The notes below the pieces were generated by a model. The model was given only the letters and a program-made list of their open reading frames with translations. It ran no database searches and was not told the DNA's origin. From the IMG/VR virus record IMGVR_UViG_3300036770_003758, positions 1-64,000 of that record: DNA of 64,000 bases. One strand, 5' to 3'. Made by a program: the position numbers and the translations under genes. Source of the stretch: a virus. Below are positions 1 to 10,393 of the stretch, in pieces (positions within the stretch are counted from its first letter, which is position 1; every line of letters starts with the position of its first letter).

Positions 1-2
1 TG

Positions 3-575
3 GTCAAGGTAGGCGACTTGTTCTACCTTGTTGAGCGCACGACGCAGGCAAACGGCAGCTACGTGGAAAGCTCAACGCTACGCGGCGACCTCGAACAATT
101 CAGCGATTACACGGAGGGCGCCATTGTTCGCCGGGCGTCGGCGCTATCGCAGTCGGTGGCAGAGGTGCTGAAGGCGGATAGGCTTTGGACTACCATCATT
201 CAGCAGGATGCAGGCTTTCAACAAGCCTACGGAAAATCCCCGCTGACCGACGTACAACAGCAGTACGATTCTACCCTATTGATGGACACATGGCAATTAG
301 AACAGCCTGGTCAAAATGCAGTACCTATTACATTTAGTAGAAATGCACAAGGTAAATTAAGAACTACTTGGAATGGTTTAACTGCGAAAACTGTTTATCT
401 TGTTTCTAGCACAATGCGTGTAGTTAATTTTAACGCAGGTGGTGCTATGAACTTTTATCAGCTTACACCTAATTTGTGGACAGATTCTAATAGATCTATT
501 TTTATTAGGCGTACTGCAGTAAACTGGACACCTTGGAGGCCAACGCAAGATAACATCATGTTATTTGGCAATTAA
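3..575 (+). CDS. 5'-truncated hypothetical protein (possible tail/structural protein)
   Basis: Frame is open from base 3 to TAA at 575; no recognisable motif; GC drops sharply within the ORF. Confidence 0.7.
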   Translation, partial: VKVGDLFYLVERTTQANGSYVESSTLRGDLEQFSDYTEGAIVRRASALSQSVAEVLKADRLWTTIIQQDAGFQQAYGKSPLTDVQQQYDSTLLMDTWQLEQPGQNAVPITFSRNAQGKLRTTWNGLTAKTVYLVSSTMRVVNFNAGGAMNFYQLTPNLWTDSNRSIFIRRTAVNWTPWRPTQDNIMLFGN

Positions 576-582
576 GATTTAT

Positions 583-621
583 AACGTAATATATTGCTAT
601 TGTACAGTAATATATTACGTT
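583..621. repeat. 16-bp inverted repeat (operator or terminator hairpin)
   Basis: aacgtaatatattgct-attgtac-agtaatatattacgtt with one G-T mismatch; followed by gtatttttg. Confidence 0.8.
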
Positions 622-630
622 GTATTTTTG
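600..630 (+). promoter_or_regulatory. Bacteroidota sigma-A-type promoter
   Basis: TTG (600-602), 20-nt spacer, TATTTTTG (623-630) matches the -33 TTG / -7 TAnnTTTG consensus; 22 nt upstream of ATG 653. Confidence 0.55.
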
Positions 631-652
631 TAAAAATTAAAAACTATAAGAC

Positions 653-985
653 ATGAAGAATCCATTTCTCGACAAGCTTAAAAATCTGTTTCCTAAAGGA
701 ACTCAGGTAGTAACTATTGATGATAGTCTTAATGAAACTATCAAGTTGCTTAAAGCGTCTTTAAATCAGATGCGTGAACAACGCACTACACTACAGCAAG
801 AGATCCAACGTCAACAAGATGCTGCGTCTCACGCTAAGCAACGTATTGCAGATCTTAACAACGAAATTGTAGCGTATGGTATTACTGCTGAAAATGCACA
901 AACTAAAATTAAAGTTATGCACGAACAGCTTGTAAAACTTGATGAAGATGTACGTCGTGTTCACGAATATCTAAAAAAGATTTAA
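653..985 (+). CDS. coiled-coil hypothetical protein
   Basis: 110 aa, Q/E/K-rich heptad pattern. Confidence 0.75.
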   Translation: MKNPFLDKLKNLFPKGTQVVTIDDSLNETIKLLKASLNQMREQRTTLQQEIQRQQDAASHAKQRIADLNNEIVAYGITAENAQTKIKVMHEQLVKLDEDVRRVHEYLKKI

Positions 986-986
986 T

Positions 987-1427
987 ATGTCTATGGAATT
1001 AATTAAAACCGCACTTAAGTACTACGGTGTTAAGGAATTTCTTGGTGCTGATAAAAATAGTCCTACTATTGTAGGTTGGCTTAAAAGCATGTTACCTTGG
1101 GCAAATAACGATGAAATAGCATGGTGTTCTGCTTTTGTTAACGGTATCGCTAAAGAAGCTAAGTTTGAACATTTTCCTAGTACGCACAACAGTGCTTTAG
1201 CTAGAGAATGGTTAGCTAAAGGTACTGCTGTAACGGCACCACAGCTAGGTGATGTTGTAGTACTGTGGCGTGGTTCTAAAGATGCGGCTACAGGTCATGT
1301 AGGATTTTACATTCGCGAAAATACAGATAGTGTGTTTTTACTTGGCGGTAACCAATCAAATTCTGTAAACATTACAGCGTTTCCTAAGTCAAGGGTACTT
1401 GGTTATAGGAGGCTTAAAAAACTTTAA
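987..1427 (+). CDS. TIGR02594-family CHAP/NlpC-P60-like cell-wall peptidase (putative endolysin)
   Basis: AWCSAFVN (catalytic Cys), GDVVV, GHVGFY (His), LGGNQSNSV. Confidence 0.85.
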   Translation: MSMELIKTALKYYGVKEFLGADKNSPTIVGWLKSMLPWANNDEIAWCSAFVNGIAKEAKFEHFPSTHNSALAREWLAKGTAVTAPQLGDVVVLWRGSKDAATGHVGFYIRENTDSVFLLGGNQSNSVNITAFPKSRVLGYRRLKKL

Positions 1428-1429
1428 CT

Positions 1430-2965
1430 ATGCCAGGGTTAGTAGGTTGTACATATAACATTAAAAAAGATTTAGCACCCAGCTTTGCTGATGGTGGTAC
1501 ATGGAAATATATTGGGTACAATGTATCTTCTAATACAGGTCCTTGGACAGGTACACCTGCTAACCCTTTAGTTAATTACTCTGCTAACAGTATTATACCG
1601 TTAGGTGATGACTTTGTTATAGAAACTAAAAATAAAAGCTTAGGTTATTACAAGTTTACTTACACTTATCTGGGAAGTGTAGTAGAGTTAATAGTACGTG
1701 TTATTGACGATGTAGTTACTGCCGGGGTGTCTAAAACTATAAACTTAACTCCTTCTAGTGGTAACACTAATTTGTTAACTGAACTTGGTGCTACAGCAGG
1801 TGGTGTTTGGACAGATGTAGATAACGTAGGTGCTGCGTTTGTCAACAATGTTTTAGATCCTTCTGGGTTATCTGAGGGTGAGTATGAGTTTAAATACAAT
1901 CTTACTGGTAGCTATGAAGATAAAGGTTGTGAAACTTGCCCTCCATTAGAATCTGCAATTATTGTAAAGATATCTCAGTCTCTAACTGTTTTAATTGAAG
2001 CTACTGACAATACTTGTGCTTACACAATAGCAGCTCAACACCCAGATACAAACACTGTAAACTCAGCAAAAGTACAAGTTGTCACAGACGCATATGCACC
2101 TACGCTTACTGTAAACAAAGTTATATCTAATGATTGCGAAGGAGTTGTGTACACTGCTGCAGAAACATTCGGTAGTTTTGATTTTGTATATGTAGGTGTA
2201 AGTAGTTTATCTAGCGATGTGATTGAAGCTGGAGGTTATTTAGAAACTGTTCAATTAACAGATAGTGTTACACAAGCTGTTACTACAGTACCTGTAGCTC
2301 CTTTTGGTCCAAACATCGCTAACTTTTCTGGACTAGGTGGTTCCTTGACAGCAAATGATTTAATATACAACGGTGTAGATTTTAACACCTTTGCGTCTTC
2401 TATTGCAAAGGCAATACAAAATAACTTAGGTGTATCTGGCTTTATTCAAGGTGAGCATTACATATTACGTGTTGGTGGTAGTCCAGTAGGATTACGTATA
2501 CAGATGGCAGCTAAACACAACCCTACTACTAAATGGTTTGGTGTAACGTCGTTTACATTTAAAAAAGTAACTGGCGGTGTGAACATAACAACGGCTACTT
2601 CAAATAAGTCTATAACATATATTGGTGGCAGTTTAAATTACGCTACGTCACCTTGCCCTAAAAGTTTAAAGTTGAGTTTACAGATAGCTGCAAATCCAAT
2701 AAACATTGCTAACACCACATATACTAATATTGCGGTAGTTACTCCTATTGCACTTACAGTTAATGCTGCAGACTCTAAGCTTACAGAAGATTGCGATTCT
2801 AAAGCAATGCAAGCTATTGTACAAAACTGTATAGGTAATATAACTTATAGCTGGTCTTCAGGAGAAACAACGCAAGGTATTGAAAAGGTAACTCGTGGTA
2901 CTTACACTGTGACTGTGACATGTTCTAACCCTAGTGGTACAACATCGGCACAATATGTATATTAA
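1430..2965 (+). CDS. beta-rich virion/tail structural protein with Bacteroidota Ig-like repeats
   Basis: T/S/G/V-rich; GGVWTD...DPSGLSEGEYEFKY and YSWSSGETTQ...GTYTVTVT repeat-type motifs. Confidence 0.6.
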   Translation: MPGLVGCTYNIKKDLAPSFADGGTWKYIGYNVSSNTGPWTGTPANPLVNYSANSIIPLGDDFVIETKNKSLGYYKFTYTYLGSVVELIVRVIDDVVTAGVSKTINLTPSSGNTNLLTELGATAGGVWTDVDNVGAAFVNNVLDPSGLSEGEYEFKYNLTGSYEDKGCETCPPLESAIIVKISQSLTVLIEATDNTCAYTIAAQHPDTNTVNSAKVQVVTDAYAPTLTVNKVISNDCEGVVYTAAETFGSFDFVYVGVSSLSSDVIEAGGYLETVQLTDSVTQAVTTVPVAPFGPNIANFSGLGGSLTANDLIYNGVDFNTFASSIAKAIQNNLGVSGFIQGEHYILRVGGSPVGLRIQMAAKHNPTTKWFGVTSFTFKKVTGGVNITTATSNKSITYIGGSLNYATSPCPKSLKLSLQIAANPINIANTTYTNIAVVTPIALTVNAADSKLTEDCDSKAMQAIVQNCIGNITYSWSSGETTQGIEKVTRGTYTVTVTCSNPSGTTSAQYVY

Positions 2966-3665
2966 AGATTTTAGTTTTATTAAATTTGAAGAAGATAAGC
3001 ACAGATACTTTAACACAAACACAGGTCAGTATATACCTAGTGTAACCTCAGTGCTATCTAAATTAAGTACGTTTGACAAAGAATATTGGCTTAAGGTAAA
3101 AGCTAAGCAGAATAACACTACTGTTGAAGAATTAGAAAAACAGTGGGATCACAGCAGAGATACTGCTGCTAAAAAAGGTAAAGACTTCCACACGCACATG
3201 GAAGATTACATCTGCGGTAAAGCCAAGAAAGGCATCTATTCTAACGCAGATAAATACTTTGAAGACTATAGCAAAGACGTACATGTATCTACAGAAGTAG
3301 TTATAGGTAATCACCTAGTCGCTGGTACATTTGATTGCTTAGCGGTTAGAGACGGTAGTTACATACTTAAAGATTGGAAAACTAATGAAAAGTTTACAAC
3401 TTACAGTACGTACAAATTAGAACCACCGTTTCAGTATTTAGATAACAGTAAATATACGATATACGCATTCCAACTATCGCTGTATCGTTATTTATTAGAT
3501 ATACCTGTATACAAAATGGAAGTAGTGCATTTCGATGATAATTCATACACTGTACATGAAGTACCTTATCTTGAAAGAGAAGTACGCATGTTATTAAACA
3601 AGTTAGAAAATGACAATAGGTCAACACATAGCAGCATTACGGGGATTGATCCGTCAGTTTTCTGA
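2955..3665 (+). CDS. PD-(D/E)xK exonuclease
   Basis: HRY...SVTSVL, G-KDFH, VAGTFDCL...DWKT, YAFQLSLY; ATG 2955 preferred over GTG 2934. Confidence 0.85.
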   Translation: MYIKDFSFIKFEEDKHRYFNTNTGQYIPSVTSVLSKLSTFDKEYWLKVKAKQNNTTVEELEKQWDHSRDTAAKKGKDFHTHMEDYICGKAKKGIYSNADKYFEDYSKDVHVSTEVVIGNHLVAGTFDCLAVRDGSYILKDWKTNEKFTTYSTYKLEPPFQYLDNSKYTIYAFQLSLYRYLLDIPVYKMEVVHFDDNSYTVHEVPYLEREVRMLLNKLENDNRSTHSSITGIDPSVF

Positions 3666-4290
3666 TGCTGAAACACCGTTCACAGATGAGTTTTTATACC
3701 ATCTATTTAGGACTTCTGCTAATTTGCTTATGAGCAGAAAAATGGACAAGAACAATAACATGAGTACTTGGCTAAGTGATTTTTATTGCATGAAGCTGGT
3801 GCCAGGTAAAGTACATGATTGTGATTGTATTGATGCTGGTTGCGATGTACTTAAAACAGAACATCCGGTACCTAAACCTATGCGCGGTAAGTACAGAGAT
3901 CTTATTAAAGTACTTACTATTAACAACGACCCTATAGGTTATGTAGATGCTTCAACATGGACGAGTATTCAATATGATCCTGTTAGAAAGAACAAGTTGC
4001 ATTTTAGTATGGTAAATGGTCATATTATTATCTGGAATGCAGATGTAACTAGGGTTAGACCTAAAGCTATATTTGTCACTGGCTATTTTGAAGATCCTGT
4101 AGAATGGTCTAAAATATCTGCATGTGACATTAACGGTGAAGAAACTGGCAATTCGTGCTTTGATATTTACACTTCTGAGTATCCTATTGACAGTGACTTA
4201 GTAGACGCTGCTTACTCCTTAGTGTTAGATAAGTTACGTTTACCTTTACAAATACCTGAAGATAAAAGAAATCAGAGTAGTGCATTATGA
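3610..4290 (+). CDS. putative tail ring/tubular protein
   Basis: Position in the crAss-like tail module; GYFEDP and YPID motifs. Confidence 0.55.
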   Translation: MTIGQHIAALRGLIRQFSDAETPFTDEFLYHLFRTSANLLMSRKMDKNNNMSTWLSDFYCMKLVPGKVHDCDCIDAGCDVLKTEHPVPKPMRGKYRDLIKVLTINNDPIGYVDASTWTSIQYDPVRKNKLHFSMVNGHIIIWNADVTRVRPKAIFVTGYFEDPVEWSKISACDINGEETGNSCFDIYTSEYPIDSDLVDAAYSLVLDKLRLPLQIPEDKRNQSSAL

Positions 4291-4823
4291 AGACAATAAA
4301 AGAATCTACAGCACATGAAAGCGGTGGGTATATTACAGATAGGTACTTCTATCACGCATATTCTCACCCTACGTACAGAACTAGTGAGCCACGTATACCT
4401 AGGTCTATGGCGGTTAAACATCCGTATCAAGTAGATTATAACGTTTGGAAAAAGATTATTAAACGCTACTTTGAACTGTTGTTACAAAAGTTATTAGAAG
4501 GTGGTAAAATAGAATTACCTTCTGGTCTTGGTAGCATAGAGTTAGGTATGGTTAAACGCTTAGGACCATCGTTCTTAGCATTTAAAGCTGTACCTAGTAG
4601 AGATAACATGAGCTATGTACCAACATTGTTTTGGTATAAAAATAAAGGCAAAGACAATTGTTCTATAAAAAATAAACGCATATTGTCTATGCAGTTCTTT
4701 AAACCTACATTCATGAAGATATTAAACATGTCTAGAAAAGATCCTTACATGGCTTTTAGATATGTTAAAGATCCTGCTTCTGATAATGTATTTGTCAGTA
4801 GCATTAAAAAATTTAGACGATGA
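4287..4823 (+). CDS. IHF/HU-like basic protein of the crAss-like structural module
   Basis: LLEGGKIELPSGLGSI resembles the HU/IHF core; basic. Confidence 0.55.
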   Translation: MKTIKESTAHESGGYITDRYFYHAYSHPTYRTSEPRIPRSMAVKHPYQVDYNVWKKIIKRYFELLLQKLLEGGKIELPSGLGSIELGMVKRLGPSFLAFKAVPSRDNMSYVPTLFWYKNKGKDNCSIKNKRILSMQFFKPTFMKILNMSRKDPYMAFRYVKDPASDNVFVSSIKKFRR

Positions 4824-5563
4824 TTAAGTACGTACCGTTAGAAGCTATATTAAACTACATCCCTGATGCTATTCGTGAGCAGGTAGATGCCCAGCAGATA
4901 ATGTCGTGGGCATATCTACTTTACAGGACTATAGAAATGCCTATCTCTGAAGAACTCAAGATTGTAGATGTTGAAGTTAAAAACCACAGAGTTAAGTTAC
5001 CTGATGATGTTAAACGCATTATCAACGTGATTCACAACGAACCTGGTGTTGATGTACCTAAAGAGATTGTGCGTGATTATGGTGACGGTAGGTTGATTAT
5101 AGCACAGGAGATATTCTTTTCTTCGCAGTATTATCAACAAGCTCGTGGTTTAAAGTACTTAGGTCAGATGAAGAGTCCTTTAATTGATGAGCAATTGTAT
5201 TGTAGTAGATGCGATGTAGGATTTTCTATTGATAAAACACTAAGTTGTTTACACATAGATTATTCTGACGGTAATGCTACATTGATATATTATGCTCCTG
5301 TAGAAGAGAATGGTAAAAAGATGATACCGGATGATCCAGATCTCATGCTTGCAATATCGCACTTTGTACAAGCTAGATACTGGCAAGAAAAAACCTATTC
5401 ACATGAAGCTAATGCAATAGCTTTATCTAGTGATCATCACATACGCTCACGTGCGCATTTAAGCGCATTTGAAGGTAGGGCTAAGCTTAAAGCAGTGAAC
5501 GTTAATAAGCACAACGCATTTAGGTTGAGACGAAATAAAATGTATAACTGGAATCGCAACTGA
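4820..5563 (+). CDS. putative tail ring/gatekeeper protein
   Basis: Immediately upstream of the muzzle-like gene; VKLPDD and MIPDD motifs. Confidence 0.55.
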   Translation: MIKYVPLEAILNYIPDAIREQVDAQQIMSWAYLLYRTIEMPISEELKIVDVEVKNHRVKLPDDVKRIINVIHNEPGVDVPKEIVRDYGDGRLIIAQEIFFSSQYYQQARGLKYLGQMKSPLIDEQLYCSRCDVGFSIDKTLSCLHIDYSDGNATLIYYAPVEENGKKMIPDDPDLMLAISHFVQARYWQEKTYSHEANAIALSSDHHIRSRAHLSAFEGRAKLKAVNVNKHNAFRLRRNKMYNWNRN

Positions 5564-8500
5564 TGTTTAACGGAATGTGGAAAGATGGTGAACCTGAAGC
5601 GCAGCCACAGGGCACCTATAGAATGGCTATCAATGCTGTAAAAGAACCAGGTGAGCCTGCGTTAGCTACAGAACTTTCTAATGTAGAGGTGTCTGCGTTA
5701 GAAGGTATTATCTGTGGTGTAATATCGCTAGATGGCGAACATGCCGTTGTGTTTACTAAACCTGGTAACATATACTTATACAACCAGAATAGCAAAAGCT
5801 CTACACTACTTGTAGAACTACCTTGTTTAAACTTTAATGAAAACTATCGCATACAAGGTAAGTACAAAGTAGTTAATGGTTGTGAGCGTGTAATCTATTG
5901 GAACGATGGTTTAAATGAAGATAGATACTACAACTTAGATAAGCCTAACCTATTCCGTGAATGTGATGATTTTAGATTAACATTATCTGCACCTTACCCT
6001 GAAGTTAAAGTTGAAGTTATTTCTGGAGGCATACTTAAAAAAGGTACGTATCAGTTTGTTATTGAACTTTTAGACAGCTCTAGAAATGTATTGTTAAAAA
6101 CACTACCTTCAGATCCTGTGTATGTATACCAAGAAGGTCAAGGCATTCGCATTGACGTATCAGGTATTGACGCAGCATTTGTACGTATTAATGCAATTAC
6201 ACATACTGCAACTAACGGCATTACGATAGAAGCATTTGAGTATGAAGATATTATTCCTGTAACTGGAACTACGTTAGCGTGGAATTATAATGGAGCTAAT
6301 GTAATAGCTAAAGATTTTAGAGGTCTTTTGTCTGTGCCTGTAAACTTTGATACGTCTAGGTACATGGAGATTGTTCACGGTAGGTTACTTAGGGGTAATG
6401 TAAGTGAAAAGCAACAAGACTATACTGCATTTCAACATGCGGCTTCTAAGATATGCACTAAATATACAGTTAAAGAATCTGAATCTAATATCTTCACAGA
6501 ACTTGGCGATGAAGTAAAAGCGTACGGTATTGTATATCTACATAAGAACGGTGCACTAAGTCCTGTGTTTCATATTCCCGGTAGGAATAAAAAAGCATCT
6601 GACAGTGAACTTGTAGATGGCCCTCAGTTGACTAAAACTACAGATCAGAATGTTACTATTTTATTTAAAGGTACAATACTACCTTCAGGTGACTTTTGGA
6701 CTTTACAATACACTTTATCTTCAGACAGGGTAATTACTTCTTCTGCAGTCACGTTTTATAATGAACGAGATACTGTGTCTTCTGAGCAAACAACAGGTAC
6801 AATATCTATACCTAAATTTATACCTGGTGTAACAGACGATAATTATTTATTAGAAAATTCATTTATAAAAATATCTGTTGTTATTGGTGGAGAACGTTTT
6901 GAAAATATAATTGAAAGTAGATATGATATTGATGAAACAATATTTTTAAATACAGCCGTAACAACTACTACTTTAAAATCTGAACGTTGGGTGTTTAATA
7001 GTACTGCAGATAAAAATACTAAAGAGCTAGGCTACTACGAATCTAATGAAAAATATACAAATCCTGTAAATTACTGTGGTGAAGATTACTGGGGTGTAGA
7101 TTGTGATGGTAAACCACTTGTGCGCACTCCAGTTAGATATCACAAGATACCTTCTAGGTTCATAGAACCTCTTACAGATGGTACTAAGAAAAGGTATATT
7201 GGTGTAAAATTTACGAATGTAACATATCCATCTACAGATATCGTAGGTCATTTCTTTGTAACTAGCTCTGGTGAAACAATAGCATCTAGTGGTTATGCGC
7301 TACCATTTAATGATAAAGCAGATAGCACTGGAGATAAAGATGAAGGTAGATTTGTACATTACTTGCCTAATAGTTTTGATAACGAAAGGTTTAGTAACAG
7401 CTTAAATCAGAATATTATAACACCTACTAGTCTAGTAGATAAGACTAACGTTACATGTAATTACATTTATGTTAACGGTGAGTACGCGGAAGAATACGCT
7501 GATAATAGACCATTTTACGATAAGTTTTTTAGAGATAAAACAGATTTACAGTTATTTGGCAAACATCATTTTTACAATAAAGGATTTGCACCTAAAGAAG
7601 AACTGTTAACTGCAGTGTCTTCTGAGTATGTACTGTACTCTGCTAAACGCAAAGAGTATCTAAACAGGTCGTTAAATCATGGTATGAATGTTATTAAAGT
7701 TAAGGAGTTTCCTAGCTTTAATACTAGTAGTGCTAACATGCGTTATGTATATCTTAAGCGTGCAATACAACCTTTTCAAAGTGTATTTGCTATACGCTAC
7801 AGGTTTATGAACACTACGCCGTTAACTGGAACTACAGCAGAACTTTACGCTGGTGAACATAGGATTACTAGCCCTGAGATTATAAACGTTAGTGATCTAT
7901 TTCCTAAAGGTGGTGCTAAAATCAAATGGTACGAAGTTGTTAGTTTAGTTATAGTCCCTAAAGTTATTGGTAGCTTGTTAGAGTCAGATCAGATTAATGT
8001 GGAGTATGAGTGGCTATCTAAGTTGTACTTTGAATCTCCTTATGACTTTGAAAACATTGAAGATAAGTATTACTTTTCTGCAGGCGAAGATGGTAAAGAT
8101 AACATCGCTAGTTTTGTACAAGGACTGATATCTGACGGGTACTTTGAAGAAGGTAAGACTCAAACAACGTTAAAAGGTTCTGTAGAACTTATTAACTATA
8201 AAGTAAATAGAGATTACGGTGTAGTAAACACATTGAGGGTAATGTACCCATTACCAGTGTCTTTTGATTACTGTTTATCGTGCAGGTTTCATTATCCAGC
8301 TAGGATTGTATTTAGTGATGTAAATTCTCAAGAGCAACAGTCTGATTCTTGGAGATTATACCCGGCATTAAACTATACAGATTTACCTGCGCATAGAGGT
8401 AGTTTAACTGCATTTGATTACACTGGCGGTAGTATACTTGCTAGGATGCAACGTGGTCTATTCTTTTTACAACCAGATCCACAAACGATAGAAACAGATA

Positions 8501-9528
8501 CTTCTACGATATACTTAGGTACACCTAGATTTTTATCTATACCACCTCAAGAGATGGCTAAAGATAATAACGGTTACGGTGGTCAACAAAGTAGAATGGC
8601 TAGTGTAAGTACTCCTGCTGGTTTATTCTGGTACGATGAAGATGCTGGTAAAGTATTTGGTTATGATGGTAAGATCAATGAGATATCTAGAAAAGGTATG
8701 TACACCTTCTTTGATCGTAAATCACAAGCTGGTAAATACTTTAGAGATAACAACTTGACGTGGTATAGAGATAAAACAAGTATGTCTTATGATCCTAAGT
8801 ACGAACGCGTAATGCTACACTGCGATGATACTTACAACAACAAAGTATATTCATTTACGGTATCGTATACTATACCAGTACAAAGTTGGACTAGTTTTCA
8901 TTCGTATCAACCAGATGGTATGTTCTACTTAAATAGAACATTCTATACGTATCTAAATAATAAAGTGTACTCTCACAACGAAGAAGATTATACGTTCTGT
9001 AAATTCTATGGTGTACAACATCCATATCAAGTAGGCTTAGTATATGTAGCTGGTCAAACACAACAATGGCATAGTGTACATTACTACGCACCTGTATTTA
9101 AGTTTGAAAATGGTATTTGGAAAGACGTGCTAAATAAAACATTTGATAAAGCGTTTGCATTTACACGTAGACAAACTACAGGTATAGTAGATCTTCTTTT
9201 AACGAATGACCCGCAGGAAGTTATTACGTGGAACGAAAGAACTAAAACTGTAATACAAGCAGATAGGAATTATCGCATTGCTAGTCTTAGAGATATATCT
9301 GTAGGTGATGGTGTCACTAGTTCTAGGTTTGAAGATCTACAAGAGTTTTATATTGACGGTCAAGGGTATCAAGATATTATACCTGTTAACACAGACTTTG
9401 AAAAACCACAGTACGAACAACTTATGTTTAGGGATAAATTTATCCAAGTTCGTTTACTGTTTTATCCTAATGAACATAAAATGTTGACTTATATTATAGA
9501 CTTCACTAAATTAGCACAAATACGTTAA
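5563..9528 (+). CDS. tail muzzle/stabilisation protein (crAss-like)
   Basis: 1321 aa; N-terminal GMWKD..P..QPQGTYRMAINAV, IYWNDGLN; C-terminal WTSFHSYQP; beta-propeller-like character. Confidence 0.75.
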   Translation: MFNGMWKDGEPEAQPQGTYRMAINAVKEPGEPALATELSNVEVSALEGIICGVISLDGEHAVVFTKPGNIYLYNQNSKSSTLLVELPCLNFNENYRIQGKYKVVNGCERVIYWNDGLNEDRYYNLDKPNLFRECDDFRLTLSAPYPEVKVEVISGGILKKGTYQFVIELLDSSRNVLLKTLPSDPVYVYQEGQGIRIDVSGIDAAFVRINAITHTATNGITIEAFEYEDIIPVTGTTLAWNYNGANVIAKDFRGLLSVPVNFDTSRYMEIVHGRLLRGNVSEKQQDYTAFQHAASKICTKYTVKESESNIFTELGDEVKAYGIVYLHKNGALSPVFHIPGRNKKASDSELVDGPQLTKTTDQNVTILFKGTILPSGDFWTLQYTLSSDRVITSSAVTFYNERDTVSSEQTTGTISIPKFIPGVTDDNYLLENSFIKISVVIGGERFENIIESRYDIDETIFLNTAVTTTTLKSERWVFNSTADKNTKELGYYESNEKYTNPVNYCGEDYWGVDCDGKPLVRTPVRYHKIPSRFIEPLTDGTKKRYIGVKFTNVTYPSTDIVGHFFVTSSGETIASSGYALPFNDKADSTGDKDEGRFVHYLPNSFDNERFSNSLNQNIITPTSLVDKTNVTCNYIYVNGEYAEEYADNRPFYDKFFRDKTDLQLFGKHHFYNKGFAPKEELLTAVSSEYVLYSAKRKEYLNRSLNHGMNVIKVKEFPSFNTSSANMRYVYLKRAIQPFQSVFAIRYRFMNTTPLTGTTAELYAGEHRITSPEIINVSDLFPKGGAKIKWYEVVSLVIVPKVIGSLLESDQINVEYEWLSKLYFESPYDFENIEDKYYFSAGEDGKDNIASFVQGLISDGYFEEGKTQTTLKGSVELINYKVNRDYGVVNTLRVMYPLPVSFDYCLSCRFHYPARIVFSDVNSQEQQSDSWRLYPALNYTDLPAHRGSLTAFDYTGGSILARMQRGLFFLQPDPQTIETDTSTIYLGTPRFLSIPPQEMAKDNNGYGGQQSRMASVSTPAGLFWYDEDAGKVFGYDGKINEISRKGMYTFFDRKSQAGKYFRDNNLTWYRDKTSMSYDPKYERVMLHCDDTYNNKVYSFTVSYTIPVQSWTSFHSYQPDGMFYLNRTFYTYLNNKVYSHNEEDYTFCKFYGVQHPYQVGLVYVAGQTQQWHSVHYYAPVFKFENGIWKDVLNKTFDKAFAFTRRQTTGIVDLLLTNDPQEVITWNERTKTVIQADRNYRIASLRDISVGDGVTSSRFEDLQEFYIDGQGYQDIIPVNTDFEKPQYEQLMFRDKFIQVRLLFYPNEHKMLTYIIDFTKLAQIR

Positions 9529-9542
9529 CAAAACTGATTAAA

Positions 9543-10391
9543 ATGAAACCTGGTCCGAAACCTAAATCAAAGGCTAAGAATAAAGTAGAAGTAAAGCCAT
9601 ATAGCTTTCCAGAAGTTACTGTTACAGCTAAAAGGTCGAACCCTACTAAAAATACAGTAAGATCAATAAATGATAATCCTGCTGTACAAGTAGCTAAGAT
9701 ATTTGATCCAACTGGTTTTACATCTTGGCCTGATGTAGGCTTTGCTATATCTGATTATAAAAAAAATAAAGGTACGTTAGGTAATGTAGCTCTTAATTTA
9801 TTTGGAGCTTTACCTGTAATTGGTAAATTGAAAGCGCCTATTAGTTTATATAAAGTAGGAAAAGGTTTAACTAAATCTCAGCAGTTAGCAAGCACAGTTG
9901 TTAAAGGTGTTAATAAAGCAGGTGATGTAGCAGCAAAAGTTGAACGTGCGCCTTTAGAAGCTGCTAAAAAAATTACACAAGGTTCTAGTAAACCAGTAGC
10001 GCAGGCTATTAATAAAACATCAACTGCAATATTGAAAACATCAGATAAGATGGGAAATATCACAGCGGGTGCAATAAACACTGCGTTAAAACCTAAAGTG
10101 TATTCTAAACAATTTATGTCGTCTCAAGATGTTACGAATGCAGTAACATCTGGGTTAAATATAACTAATTTATCATCAGATTTTAAAAGTGCTACAGAAT
10201 CTATGAAAAACAATACATCGCAAAATCAATATAAAAAAGGTGGTTGGATTCAAGATGTCACTAAGAGTATTAAACGTAGAGGAACTGAAGGTGTATGTAC
10301 TGGTAAAAACTTTGGTGGCCCTAGTTGCCCAGAAGGTTCTAAGCGTTATAATCTTGCAAAGACATTTCGTAAAATGGCTAAAAACCGTTAA
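9543..10391 (+). CDS. basic virion cargo protein
   Basis: K-rich; FDPTG...GALPVIGK hydrophobic hairpin; small basic module after YKKGG. Confidence 0.6.
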   Translation: MKPGPKPKSKAKNKVEVKPYSFPEVTVTAKRSNPTKNTVRSINDNPAVQVAKIFDPTGFTSWPDVGFAISDYKKNKGTLGNVALNLFGALPVIGKLKAPISLYKVGKGLTKSQQLASTVVKGVNKAGDVAAKVERAPLEAAKKITQGSSKPVAQAINKTSTAILKTSDKMGNITAGAINTALKPKVYSKQFMSSQDVTNAVTSGLNITNLSSDFKSATESMKNNTSQNQYKKGGWIQDVTKSIKRRGTEGVCTGKNFGGPSCPEGSKRYNLAKTFRKMAKNR

Positions 10392-10393
10392 TT

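Noticed and set aside
653-985. Spanin or holin next to the peptidase
   Set aside because: No TM segment or lipobox; left as a coiled-coil hypothetical protein.
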